Positions 30,015-39,668 of a DNA stretch of 64,000 nt are shown one piece after another. How positions within the stretch are numbered: position 1 is the first letter of the stretch; every line of letters starts with the position of its first letter. The notes under the pieces are model-generated. The model made no database searches. It had not been told where the DNA came from and saw only the letters and a list, made by a program, of their open reading frames with translations. Origin of the DNA: Opitutaceae bacterium (GTDB taxonomy: Bacteria; Verrucomicrobiota; Verrucomicrobiia; Opitutales; Coraliomargaritaceae); assembly GCA_051252375.1 (NCBI GenBank), contig JBPOFY010000007.1, forward strand, positions 64,001-128,000, written 5' to 3'. The position numbers were made by a program, and so were the translations under genes.

Positions 30015-31124
30015 CTAGCTTCTTGTGCTAGTGCGAAACTTTAGGGGCGGCACACCAACCTGTTTTTTGAAGGTATTGCTGAAGTGCGGTGCATGGCAGA
30101 ATCCGGTGAGTGCGGCGATGGTTTCTATCGGTTCATCTGAATAGCTCAACAGTCTCTTGGCTTCTTTGAGTCGTAGATGAATTAGATGCTCTCTGATAGA
30201 ACTGTGTAGGCTGGCGCGAAAGCGTGTTTCTAGGCTGCGTCGGCTGAGGTTGAATTTTTCGGCGATTTCACTGGTGCCAATGGAGCGCCTGTATTCAGAT
30301 TGCAGATGCTCCAGGACTTGACGAATCAGAGGGTCGGTGACTGCTAGGGCGTCGGTGCTTTGGCGCACGGTGATGCCCCGCGGTGGGATTAGTTTTATAC
30401 GCTCTTTCAGAGTTTCTCCATTCATCAAACGATCGAGCATCGCGGCACCTTCGTAACCGATCGTTTTCAAATCATGGCGGACACTGGAAAGTGGAACGGC
30501 TTGGTTATCGCAAATCAGCAAGTTGTCGTCGGCACCAAGTATGGCGACATCCTCGGGCACGCGAATCCCTTCTTCGATACATAAATTAGAGAGCCATGCG
30601 GCATCGTAATCACTCTTCGTATAAATCGCACATGGCTTTGGGAGCTCATGGAGCCTTTGCTTGATATAGATTGCATCTTGGCTACGAACAGTGTCGAGAC
30701 GTATACATTCTATACCAGCTACGGCGAGACAGCTACTATAAGCTGAATAACGCGCACGGCTCACAGGGTTACTTGCGAGAGCGAACCATGCGCAATTCTG
30801 GTGCCCCATCTCGAGAAAGTGCTCCGCACCAAGTTTGCCGATCATCTCGTTGTCGGCAACGACGCGCGGGAGATCGATGTCCTCGCGCCAAATCGACAGG
30901 TCAACGGTGGGCACATTTGCATTCAGCACGAATTCTTCAAGTGTGCGGCTGTTGTTGAGCGATGTGATGATGCCGTCGCCTTGCCATTGTTCTGGAAGCT
31001 GGAAATCTTTCAGGATGCTAACATTGAGATGCCAGCCGTGCTGACCTGCATATTGTGCGATCCCTTCGTGGGCAGATTGGTCGTAACTGCCTAGTATCAT
31101 CCACACATGTTTGAATTGTGCCAT
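30015..31124 (-). CDS. XylR-type transcriptional regulator (periplasmic-binding-like sensor plus AraC HTH)
   Basis: N-terminal GIAQYA..HGW, RVPEDVAILGAD, LSSV, IPPRGITVRQSTD; C-terminal AraC LSRRSLETRFR...IAALTGF....FSNTFKKQVGVPP. Confidence 0.9.
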   Translation of the reverse strand: MAQFKHVWMILGSYDQSAHEGIAQYAGQHGWHLNVSILKDFQLPEQWQGDGIITSLNNSRTLEEFVLNANVPTVDLSIWREDIDLPRVVADNEMIGKLGAEHFLEMGHQNCAWFALASNPVSRARYSAYSSCLAVAGIECIRLDTVRSQDAIYIKQRLHELPKPCAIYTKSDYDAAWLSNLCIEEGIRVPEDVAILGADDNLLICDNQAVPLSSVRHDLKTIGYEGAAMLDRLMNGETLKERIKLIPPRGITVRQSTDALAVTDPLIRQVLEHLQSEYRRSIGTSEIAEKFNLSRRSLETRFRASLHSSIREHLIHLRLKEAKRLLSYSDEPIETIAALTGFCHAPHFSNTFKKQVGVPPLKFRTSTRS

Positions 31125-31232
31125 TTGCGCATTATTGCAGATAGCTTAAATATTATGCAATTACCATCTTTGACAAGTTGTGCTAGTTTGCGTGCACTTC
31201 ATTATCAAGTAACTACCCAATAAAGACATATT

Positions 31233-32330
31233 ATGGCCATCGATATTAAATCTGCTGAATCTTGTGAATACGCCTGCATCTCTCTTGGTGAGGTGATGCT
31301 ACGACTCGACCCAGGTGAGGGGCGCGTTCATACAACTCGTCAATTCACTGCTTGGGAAGGCGGCGGCGAATACAATGTAGCGCGCGGTCTACGTCGCTGC
31401 TTCGGTCTGAAGACCGCGGTTGTCACTGCTTTTGCCGACAATCCAGTGGGTCGTCTCGTTGAAGATTTCATTCTTCAAGGTGGAGTGGACACGCAATTCA
31501 TCAAGTGGGTGGACTACGACGGCATCGGCCGCACCGTTCGCAACGGTATGAACTTCACTGAGCGTGGCTTTGGCATTCGCGGCGCAGTGGGCTGCCCGGA
31601 CCGCGGAAACACCGCTGCCAGTCAAATCAAGCCAGGCGATATCGACTGGGAAGATATTTTTGGAAAACGTGGCGTGCGCTGGTTTCACACTGGTGGTATT
31701 TACGCGGCGCTGAGCGCGACCACTCCTGATGTGGTGCTTGAAGCAGTCAAGTGCGCGAAAAAGCACGGCACGATTGTCAGCTATGACTTAAACTACCGTC
31801 CATCACTTTGGAAGGACTTCGGGGGTCTCGCTAAATGCCAAGAAGTGAATCGCGAGATTGCTAAATACGTCGACGTAATGATCGGCAACGAAGAAGACTT
31901 TACCGCATGCTTAGGTTTCGAAGTCGAAGGCGTGGACGAAAATATTTCTCACATCCCAGTTGAAGCATTTAAGAACATGATCGCGACAGCGACAAAGGAG
32001 TTTCCAAACTTCAAAGCGACTGCGACCACGCTCCGCGCAGTGAAGACTGCGACGGTCAATGACTGGGCTGCGATGGCTTGGCACGATGGCGAGTTCTTTG
32101 AGTCGATACAGTTTCCTGATCTTGAGATCCTCGACCGCGTGGGTGGGGGAGACAGTTTTGCCTCTGGTTTGATCTACGGTTTCTTGACCGAGAACGACCC
32201 TCAGGAAGCTGTGGACTACGGTTGCGTGCATGGCGCACTGGCTATGACGACTCCAGGCGATACCACGATGGCTTCACTCAAGGAAGTAAAGAAGATCAAA
32301 GCCGGTGGCGGTGCTCGCGTGGATCGTTAA
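31233..32330 (+). CDS. kdgK: 2-keto-3-deoxygluconate kinase (PfkB family)
   Basis: LGEVMLRL, GGGEYNVA, SYDLNYRPSLW, GNEED, DRVGGGDSFASGLIYG, TTPGD. Confidence 0.85.
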   Translation: MAIDIKSAESCEYACISLGEVMLRLDPGEGRVHTTRQFTAWEGGGEYNVARGLRRCFGLKTAVVTAFADNPVGRLVEDFILQGGVDTQFIKWVDYDGIGRTVRNGMNFTERGFGIRGAVGCPDRGNTAASQIKPGDIDWEDIFGKRGVRWFHTGGIYAALSATTPDVVLEAVKCAKKHGTIVSYDLNYRPSLWKDFGGLAKCQEVNREIAKYVDVMIGNEEDFTACLGFEVEGVDENISHIPVEAFKNMIATATKEFPNFKATATTLRAVKTATVNDWAAMAWHDGEFFESIQFPDLEILDRVGGGDSFASGLIYGFLTENDPQEAVDYGCVHGALAMTTPGDTTMASLKEVKKIKAGGGARVDR

Positions 32331-32349
32331 TCTTTAAGCGAAATTTATT

Positions 32350-33135
32350 ATGACCCCATCTGAATATCTACAATCTGTCTTTAGTTTAGAAAACAAAGTC
32401 GCCGTCGTAATCGGCGGCACGGGCGAGCTTTGTGGCGCTATGGCCGAAGGCCTGGCTGCCGCTGGCGCTGAAACCGTAATTGTTGGTCGCAGCGAAGAGA
32501 AAGCCGCGGCACGCATTGCTACAATCACCGCAGCCGGTGGCAAAGCCTACTTCGAGAAAGTCGACGTCAACGCAAAGGCATCTATCCAAGAACTGCTTGA
32601 CCGTGTTTTAGAGAAATCCGGCAAGGTCGACATTCTAATCAATGGTGCGGGAGTGAACTCACCGACACCGATTCTAGAAATTGAAGAAGAGGAAGTAGAT
32701 CGTATCTTGAATACGAATTACAAGGCTGTGCTCTTCGCCTCACAAGTGTTTGGCGGATATTTCCTCGAACGCGGGGAGGGTGGCAGTATCATTAACATCG
32801 GATCGATCAGTGCCGTCGTGCCACTCTCGCGAGTGTTCACTTACTCGGCATCCAAGGGTGCGGTGCACAATCTCTCCAAGAACTTAGCGCGTGAGTGGGC
32901 GGAGCAAAAGATTCGTGTGAATACTATTGTGCCAGGTTTCTTCCCCGCAGAGCAGAATCGTAAAGTGCTCACCAAAGAGCGTGTCGCCAGCATTATGGGC
33001 AAGACACCTGCCAATCGTTTTGGTGAAGCTCACGAACTGATCGGCGCAACGCTGCTACTCGCCAGTGATGCTGGCAGCTACATGAGCGGTGCCGAAGTCG
33101 TCGTCGATGGCGGCTTTGCTTCGATGGCAATCTGA
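32350..33135 (+). CDS. SDR oxidoreductase (D-mannonate oxidoreductase / KduD / gluconate 5-dehydrogenase-like)
   Basis: GGTGELC cofactor motif, INGAG, YSASK catalytic Yxxx[16 protein letters not shown]; directly upstream of uxaC. Confidence 0.8.
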   Translation: MTPSEYLQSVFSLENKVAVVIGGTGELCGAMAEGLAAAGAETVIVGRSEEKAAARIATITAAGGKAYFEKVDVNAKASIQELLDRVLEKSGKVDILINGAGVNSPTPILEIEEEEVDRILNTNYKAVLFASQVFGGYFLERGEGGSIINIGSISAVVPLSRVFTYSASKGAVHNLSKNLAREWAEQKIRVNTIVPGFFPAEQNRKVLTKERVASIMGKTPANRFGEAHELIGATLLLASDAGSYMSGAEVVVDGGFASMAI

Positions 33136-33136
33136 T

Positions 33137-33243
33137 GAACGTCGAACATCGAACGTTCAACATCGAATTGTGAATGAATTTTGCTAAAACTACAGAACTA
33201 GATGATTCGATATTCAGCGTTGGACGTTCGATGTTCGACGTTC
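33137..33243. repeat. Inverted pair of 7-nt-period tandem arrays (GAACRTC-like) forming a long hairpin
   Basis: 33137-33156 gaacgtcgaacatcgaacgt is the exact reverse complement of 33224-33243; the heptamer period continues imperfectly on both arms. Confidence 0.85.
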
Positions 33244-33253
33244 CCCATGCCCC

Positions 33254-34663
33254 ATGACTTACCTCCACGAAAACTTCCTCCTCCCCAATAAAACGGCTGA
33301 ACGCCTCTACCACGATGTGGCTGCCAAGCAGCCGATCATGGACTATCACTGTCATCTGCCACCGGAAGAAGTGGCGGGCAATATCGGCTTTTCGAATCTT
33401 TCCGATATGTGGCTCGGCGGCGATCATTACAAGTGGCGCGCAATGCGGGCTGCGGGTGAACCGGAAGAACTCGTCACTGGCAAGGGCGTTGACCCCAAGG
33501 CGAAATTTGATGCTTGGGCGCGCACTGTGCCGCAGACGCTACGCAATCCTCTGCACCACTGGACACATTTGGAGCTAAAGAGCTATTTCAATACAGACCT
33601 AGTATTGAGCCCAAAGACTGCCGATACGATTTGGGAACTCGCCAATGCGAAAATCGCGGAGGCCAGTTTCACGACACAGAACATTTGCAAGGACTTTGAT
33701 ATCCGCGCCATCGGCACGACCGATGATCCTGTAGATAGCTTAGAGCACCATACGGCGTTCAACGCATCCGGACACATCACCAAGATGTTCCCTACCTTTC
33801 GTCCAGACAAAGCAATGCTTACGGCAAACATCGCAGCTTGGAATGCGTGGACAGATAAGCTCGCAGAGGCCTCCGGTTTGTCCCTCGACAGTTCCGCAGC
33901 TTTTATTGATGCCCTCAAAACACGCCATGATTTCTTCCATGAGCAAGGCTGCCGTTTAACCGATCACGGTCTTGCAGTCTGCCCATTTGCTCCATGCACG
34001 GACGAGCAGGCAGAGGCTATTTTCACAAAGCTTCGGAACGAGCAATCTTTGGATACAACTGAAACCGAACAGTGGATGACATATGTCCTGCAGCACGTAG
34101 GCCGCTGGAATGCCGCACGCTCTTGGACGATGCAGCTACACTTAGGTCCGATTCGAAACACCAATACTCGCATGTTCAATCAGCTCGGACCAGACATGGG
34201 ATACGATACTATGCTCGACGAACCGATTGTCCGCAAACTTGCTCGTTTCCTTGATAGTCTAGCAGTCGATGATGCGTTGCCTAAATGTGTATTCTATCAC
34301 CTCAATCCGGCAGCGCTCTATCCACTCGCGACATTGATGGGGAACTATCAAGACGGCATCACTCCTGGCAAGATGCAGCTCGGATCCGGTTGGTGGCACG
34401 TTGATACACTTGATGGCATGCGCACTCAGATCGAGGTGTTGTCGAGTGTGGGGCTGCTTTCAAAGTTTGTCGGCATGCTGACAGATTCACGCAGCTTCCT
34501 GAGTTTCCCGCGACATGAATACTTCCGCCGCCTGCTTTGTGGCATCATCGGCCAAGAAGTCGAAGCGGGTCTAATCCCTGACGACAAGGACCTACTGACC
34601 GAACTCATCGAAGGCATTTGCTACAAGAATGCTCAAAATTATTTCAACTTCCCCGGAGTATAA
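33254..34663 (+). CDS. uxaC: Uronate (glucuronate) isomerase
   Basis: DYHCHLPP, WLGGDHYKWRAMR, NPLHHWTHLEL, TTDDP, PTFRPDKA, GSGWW, GMLTDSRSFLSFPRHEYFRR. Confidence 0.96.
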   Translation: MTYLHENFLLPNKTAERLYHDVAAKQPIMDYHCHLPPEEVAGNIGFSNLSDMWLGGDHYKWRAMRAAGEPEELVTGKGVDPKAKFDAWARTVPQTLRNPLHHWTHLELKSYFNTDLVLSPKTADTIWELANAKIAEASFTTQNICKDFDIRAIGTTDDPVDSLEHHTAFNASGHITKMFPTFRPDKAMLTANIAAWNAWTDKLAEASGLSLDSSAAFIDALKTRHDFFHEQGCRLTDHGLAVCPFAPCTDEQAEAIFTKLRNEQSLDTTETEQWMTYVLQHVGRWNAARSWTMQLHLGPIRNTNTRMFNQLGPDMGYDTMLDEPIVRKLARFLDSLAVDDALPKCVFYHLNPAALYPLATLMGNYQDGITPGKMQLGSGWWHVDTLDGMRTQIEVLSSVGLLSKFVGMLTDSRSFLSFPRHEYFRRLLCGIIGQEVEAGLIPDDKDLLTELIEGICYKNAQNYFNFPGV

Positions 34664-34667
34664 AGCT

Positions 34668-35645
34668 ATGAAAATTCTACTGACCACCACTTCCTACCAA
34701 GACTGCCCCGGCGATCACCACGCGCTACTCGAGAGCACAGGTGCTGAAATCGTGCGTGAGCGCGGGCCGCTATCAGAGTCTCGCATGCTGGAACTAGCCG
34801 GCGACTTCGACGCTTTTCTTTGTGGTGACGATGAGATCACCCAAGCCGTGATCGATAAGTCGCTGCCTAAGCTCAAAGTAATCGCGAAATACGGCATCGG
34901 CGTCGATAAGATCGACGTTGCCTATGCGACTCAGAATAGCATTCCCGTCAGCTTCTGCCCAGGAGTGAATCACACCACAGTTTCAGAGCACGTATTCATG
35001 CTTTTACTGGCATTGACGAAGAATCTAATGGAGCAGGCAAACACAACTGCTGCTGGTGGTTGGAAGCGCATGACTGGAAACGAGATCATGGGGAAGACGA
35101 TCGGCATCATCGGTCTCGGTCGTATCGGACGTGAGGTCGCCATCCGCGCCAATGCTTTCGGGATGAAGTGTATCGGCTATGATCTCTACTGGCCCGATGA
35201 CTTTGCGGAACAAAATAAGATCCAACGCATGGATGGCGTGACGCAACTCTTGCGTGATAGCGACATCGTTTCCCTGCATACGAATCTGACCAAGGAAACC
35301 CGCGACATGATTTGCGAAGCAAGTATCAAGAATATGAAGGACGGCGCAATTTTGATCAACTGCGGACGAGGTGAATTAACCCAGACCACTGATGTCGCTG
35401 CAGCTCTCGAAAGCGGCAAGCTCGGCGGTTACGGGGCAGACGTGCTCGACCAAGAGCCACCTCCCGCTGATCACCCATTGCTCGGCGCCAAGAATTGCAT
35501 CATCACGCCACACGTCGGCTCACGCACGTTCGAAAGCGTCCAACGCCAAGCCGGCATGGCCACTCAAAACCTAGTCAACTTGCTCAAAGGCGAAAAAGCA
35601 CTCGCGCAAGTCAACGATGTCCCACCACCCGAAGCGTTAATTTAA
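34668..35645 (+). CDS. D-isomer-specific 2-hydroxyacid dehydrogenase (SerA-like, no ACT domain)
   Basis: Start moved to ATG 34668. GIGVDKID, GIIGLGRIG, INCGRG, DVLDQEPP, ITPHVG. Confidence 0.85.
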   Translation: MKILLTTTSYQDCPGDHHALLESTGAEIVRERGPLSESRMLELAGDFDAFLCGDDEITQAVIDKSLPKLKVIAKYGIGVDKIDVAYATQNSIPVSFCPGVNHTTVSEHVFMLLLALTKNLMEQANTTAAGGWKRMTGNEIMGKTIGIIGLGRIGREVAIRANAFGMKCIGYDLYWPDDFAEQNKIQRMDGVTQLLRDSDIVSLHTNLTKETRDMICEASIKNMKDGAILINCGRGELTQTTDVAAALESGKLGGYGADVLDQEPPPADHPLLGAKNCIITPHVGSRTFESVQRQAGMATQNLVNLLKGEKALAQVNDVPPPEALI

Positions 35646-35660
35646 AGCCACACATATCTA

Positions 35661-36758
35661 ATGAAAGAAAAATTCTACATCGTTCCTTTCGAGCAACACA
35701 ATTCTCTCGTATCTGATGCGTATCAACATCGCGGATACACTGCGGATGAAGCCGCTCAAGCCGCTCGATTTTCTGACCTTGCTTCGCAGCACGGCATCCG
35801 CACGCACAACGCAATCAAGGCGCTACATTTAGACCATCTCTTCGGTAGCGCGGCTGGCGGTTGCGCACCTGCAGCGGCAATTGAGAAGCTACCTTCACGC
35901 TTTGCTGCATCCGAAGTCTGGAACGCCAATAAGAAGCTCGGTCAAGCTACCGCATACGAAGCAATCGACCGTGCCATCGAGCTCGCGGATCAATATGGTA
36001 TCGGTCAAGTCTCAGTCGATAATGCCTTTCACTATCTCTGGGGTGGTGGCTATGTGATGGAGGCAGCGAAGCGCGGCTACATCGCTTATACGAATTGCAC
36101 GGCGGCACTCGCCGAAGTGGTGCCTTTCATGGGCAAGTTCCCAACACTCGGCACCAATCCACACAGTTGGGGATTCCCAACCACGGATGCTGTCGGCTTC
36201 CCAATCGTGATCGACTGGGCAACCTCTGTTATCGCGATGGGGCGTGTGCAGCAGTTCAAGCGTGAAGGCGTCGCTCTGCCAGCAAACGCCGCGGTCGACA
36301 AGGACGGCAATCCAACTACCGATGCCAACGCAGTGAACGCGCTCGTGCCTTTCGGCGCACACAAGGGCTACGGACTGAGCCTAATCAACGAGATCGTCGG
36401 CGGTTTCATCGGTGGTAGTTTACCGACGTTGCGTAGTCGCGAAATACCCGAAGGTGAAAAGCGCACACCCGCATTCTATTTCCAAGTCATCCACCCTGAT
36501 GCAATCAGCGGTGGCGCATTCGCGAAAGGACGCAACCAAGCGCAGAACGTCAAAGCGGTGATTGAAGATGTCCTCGGTCATGGCAACGAGAACTGCCTGT
36601 TGCCCGGACAGCTCGAAGCTAACTGGGCAAGCCGTGTTCAGAAAGCAGGGGGCTTACTTTTCTCCGAAGCAGAGATTGACGCTTTCAACGAAATAGCGAC
36701 CGAATGTGGCACCGCACTTTGGAATCTCAACGACTTTAAGTTAGAAGAGAATTCTTAG
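35661..36758 (+). CDS. Ldh_2-family oxidoreductase (type 2 malate/L-lactate/sulfolactate/diketogulonate dehydrogenase family)
   Basis: GIRTHN, A.ELADQYGIG.VSV.NAFH, LGTNP, DWATS..A.G, DKDGNPTTD, PFGAHKGYGLSL, LLPGQ.E. Confidence 0.88.
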   Translation: MKEKFYIVPFEQHNSLVSDAYQHRGYTADEAAQAARFSDLASQHGIRTHNAIKALHLDHLFGSAAGGCAPAAAIEKLPSRFAASEVWNANKKLGQATAYEAIDRAIELADQYGIGQVSVDNAFHYLWGGGYVMEAAKRGYIAYTNCTAALAEVVPFMGKFPTLGTNPHSWGFPTTDAVGFPIVIDWATSVIAMGRVQQFKREGVALPANAAVDKDGNPTTDANAVNALVPFGAHKGYGLSLINEIVGGFIGGSLPTLRSREIPEGEKRTPAFYFQVIHPDAISGGAFAKGRNQAQNVKAVIEDVLGHGNENCLLPGQLEANWASRVQKAGGLLFSEAEIDAFNEIATECGTALWNLNDFKLEENS

Positions 36759-36880
36759 GTTTTACTTTGGTGCGATTTCGCAAATACCTGTTTTTTCGAG
36801 GTCGTCGTCGATTAGCAGAGAAGAGTATAGATGGCCGCTAAGCTGAGTGTGTATTTATGGTTTGCCAATGACGCAAAGAA

Positions 36881-36927
36881 CCCCTCCTTGACGAGGAGGG
36901 GTGGATCGCGAAGCGAGACGGGGTGGT
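36881..36927. repeat. GC-rich palindromic REP-like element
   Basis: cccctcct-tgacg-aggagggg hairpin followed by tggatcgcgaagcgagacggggtggt; similar to the arms at 46987-47121. Confidence 0.6.
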
Positions 36928-37021
36928 GCTAGAAAGCCCGAATTAACTAGATTATCCCAATCTAAGTATACCTTCCCCGGTAAATGACGATGAACCTTTT
37001 TCGAGGGATTCAAAGTGGTGT

Positions 37022-38422
37022 CTAAAATTCGATAACGAATAGACCGTTCACATCATACTGCCTAGCCAATGCAATCGGGATCCAGCGCTCCTCGTAACTC
37101 GGTCCCCATGAGTCGCTGATGGCGATAGCTTCTTCTGTCGCATTATAGCCTGTGATCATCGCGACATGCGGATAAATCAATGACTCCTTGTCGGGGAGGG
37201 TGAAAGCGGTGTTCCCTTGACGCCTATCGCGGGTATAGTCGTTGGCAATTTGATTGAATGCCTTACTTGAACTCAAGGTCCAGATGAGTGGCACACCGCG
37301 GTCGATGTAATCAGCAATACGCTCTGTCGTTAACGTGGATGAGAGGCGTCGCATTTGAAATCCTTGCTGATCAAGGTAACGAGCGACTTCGTTGCGTAGC
37401 TTATTAACTCTGGTTCCTCCTGTCATCTTTGTCTCACCCAGCATCGCGAGTGTATGCATATCAGCTGGAATTCCGAAATAGCGTAGATAGCGCTCGAAAG
37501 TGGCAGGCACGCAAAACCCATGATCTCCTTGGTTCACCATCGGAATATTTCTTACGACCACATCTTGATTTGATCGAGTTTCGACGTTTTCAAGAAACTT
37601 GCTTTCTAGCGCTTCATGGGAATATGCAATTTGTCCACTTCGGTCGGCGAATTCTGTGCGATGAATATATAAGAATAATCCGAATTCTTTATCCTCTGAT
37701 AGTAGGAACGAGACATCACCAAAATCCCATCGTAGCATGCGATGCCCTGATGCACGACCATTATAGAATGCTTGCAGTTTAGGTTCTCCCAAGAGTCCGC
37801 TGAGTGTTTCTTGTAGATGCTTACTGGTATCACTTATACCCGCATCCAGTTGATCTTTTAGTTCTAGCTCATGCTGTCGGCTTTCAGGTTCTTCGCGCAC
37901 ATCCTCGATATTGTTATACATGACCAAGAAGTAGTCGGGAGCTCCTGATTGTGCATACAAGAACGCTGTGCGAGCCGACTTATCATCAGCAGCCAACTCT
38001 ACATTATGAGATCTGCGACTACGATCACGACCACGTCGCATCTGGTAGCTTGCCATGTAGTCGGTTTTTGAAACTGCACGCCACGACAACCGATCGGCGA
38101 CATCATGCTCGCTTTCCTGCCATAAGGCTCGCCCGGCAAACAGTTGAAAGCCAAGGAGTGAGTTTAAAGCATTTGCGGTGTCTGAACCGAAGGCATCGTC
38201 GAGATGATCCTTTGACTTCAAATACTCGAGGTCGGTTTGTGCTAGGTTACTCACCGAGGTTTGGATGATTTGCCCATCTGCTTTACGTAGCCGAATGGTG
38301 CCGTCCTTGAACCATACTAGATCTGCCTCGATCTCGACACCCGAATGACTTGTCCAAGCACGTGCGCCGACTTCCTGCCAGCTAAGCAGGATAAGTAGCC
38401 ATAGTGTTAATATACGGAACAT
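37022..38422 (-). CDS. Secreted SHD1-domain protein with C-terminal C39-like (papain-fold) peptidase domain
   Basis: Signal peptide then RAWTSHSGVEIEADLV...LAQTDLEYL (SHD1). C-terminal IPMVNQGDHGFCVPAT (Q..C), HVAMITGYN (H), ISDSWG (D). Confidence 0.75.
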   Translation of the reverse strand: MFRILTLWLLILLSWQEVGARAWTSHSGVEIEADLVWFKDGTIRLRKADGQIIQTSVSNLAQTDLEYLKSKDHLDDAFGSDTANALNSLLGFQLFAGRALWQESEHDVADRLSWRAVSKTDYMASYQMRRGRDRSRRSHNVELAADDKSARTAFLYAQSGAPDYFLVMYNNIEDVREEPESRQHELELKDQLDAGISDTSKHLQETLSGLLGEPKLQAFYNGRASGHRMLRWDFGDVSFLLSEDKEFGLFLYIHRTEFADRSGQIAYSHEALESKFLENVETRSNQDVVVRNIPMVNQGDHGFCVPATFERYLRYFGIPADMHTLAMLGETKMTGGTRVNKLRNEVARYLDQQGFQMRRLSSTLTTERIADYIDRGVPLIWTLSSSKAFNQIANDYTRDRRQGNTAFTLPDKESLIYPHVAMITGYNATEEAIAISDSWGPSYEERWIPIALARQYDVNGLFVIEF

Positions 38423-38482
38423 GCAGGACTAGAATTGAATTGATCGAATAGTCGGAGCAAATTAATTATTCATACTGAAACG

Positions 38483-39619
38483 ATGCGCCACTCAGCTTTT
38501 AATGCCCTTTATCTATACGCCATTCTATTGTTATGCGTAAATATCCTGCAAGGGCGGACATGGACAGACACGAGTGGGCGGCAATTAGAAGCGGCAATTC
38601 AAGGTGTTCGCAACGAATCGGTAACAGTTCTAAGAGAGAGCGATCAAAGGCGACTGACACTAGCCTTTGATCAGTTGATCGAATCAGATCAGGAATACGC
38701 GAAAAGCTGGGCAGAGCTTCAAGTAAATCTACGAAAGCGTTGGCCAAGTTCTGTGAAAGCCTCGGGAATCAACGTTGAGCAACTGCCAGCCAGTGAAGGC
38801 GGCTACAGTTACGCCACGCCACACTTTCGCTTTCACTGCGACGCCGAGCTTTCAAACAGATTGATCAGCCACGTCGCTACGATTTTCGAGGTTGTTTATA
38901 GTGCAGGTTTAGAAATACCACTGCCGATCAAAACCTTGCCTCAAGGGGAGACGCATACGGTGCAACTATTTAAATCGACTAGTGATTATGAGGCAGCAGG
39001 AGCGCATCCCGGATCTGCTGGGACATATTCTTTTAAACGCCGTGAAGTATTGGTGCCCATATCCAGTCTAGCGGCCAGTGATGATGCTGGCGTTTATCGA
39101 CCAGAGTCCAACCCTGATTACCCCACACTTATTCATGAGATCACTCATTGCATCACAAGTGACTGGCGGAGCTACTCGCCGGTTTGGTTGTTTGAGGGGT
39201 TCGCACGTTACATGGAAGTGGTATCGCACTCTAGAGAGCAGCTCAATTTTGATGGTCTGACACCTCGACTGGCGGTGTGGAGATCAGGGAACGGATCTTA
39301 TGACAATGTGCCCATGGTCGATTTCGAGTTTATGCTAGGATGCTCCTATCAGAAGTGGGATAAGACATTCTACAACAAGCCCGAGAACCTGCGTGCTCAA
39401 TACACTACGGCGATGGTTCTTGTGCAGTATTTTCTTGAGATCGACTCCAGTAACGGCGAGCGATTCAAGCAATACATATTCGAACTATCGCAGGGCATGG
39501 AGCAACAAGAGGCACTAAACATACTCCTCAATGGTCGTTCCTTTTCAGACCTAACTCGTGACATTGTCGCCGCTTATCAAAGAGAGCGGATTACATTCAA
39601 TTTTGTGAAAGTCGATTAG
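38483..39619 (+). CDS. Secreted SHD1-domain protein with gluzincin-like (DUF1570/peptidase MA-like) domain
   Basis: Signal peptide then RTWTDTSGRQLEAAI...LIESDQEYAKSW (SHD1); LIHEITH (HExxH) followed by PVWLFEGFARYME. Confidence 0.75.
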   Translation: MRHSAFNALYLYAILLLCVNILQGRTWTDTSGRQLEAAIQGVRNESVTVLRESDQRRLTLAFDQLIESDQEYAKSWAELQVNLRKRWPSSVKASGINVEQLPASEGGYSYATPHFRFHCDAELSNRLISHVATIFEVVYSAGLEIPLPIKTLPQGETHTVQLFKSTSDYEAAGAHPGSAGTYSFKRREVLVPISSLAASDDAGVYRPESNPDYPTLIHEITHCITSDWRSYSPVWLFEGFARYMEVVSHSREQLNFDGLTPRLAVWRSGNGSYDNVPMVDFEFMLGCSYQKWDKTFYNKPENLRAQYTTAMVLVQYFLEIDSSNGERFKQYIFELSQGMEQQEALNILLNGRSFSDLTRDIVAAYQRERITFNFVKVD

Positions 39620-39668
39620 GCTGTCAGGGCTGATTATCAAATTAACTAGAATATCAAAGGCACTTAGA

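Noticed and set aside
31125..31232. TTGACA at 31170 and ttgca...tgcaa as promoter and XylR operator
   Set aside because: No acceptable -10 at 16-18 bp and no convincing second copy of the operator in the window.
32993..33427. Minus-strand 144-aa ORF containing NIERPTLNIE repeats
   Set aside because: It is a translation of the heptamer DNA repeat plus antisense uxaC and SDR sequence.
34668..35645. Calling the gene serA
   Set aside because: No ACT domain and it sits in a uronate operon; only the family can be supported.
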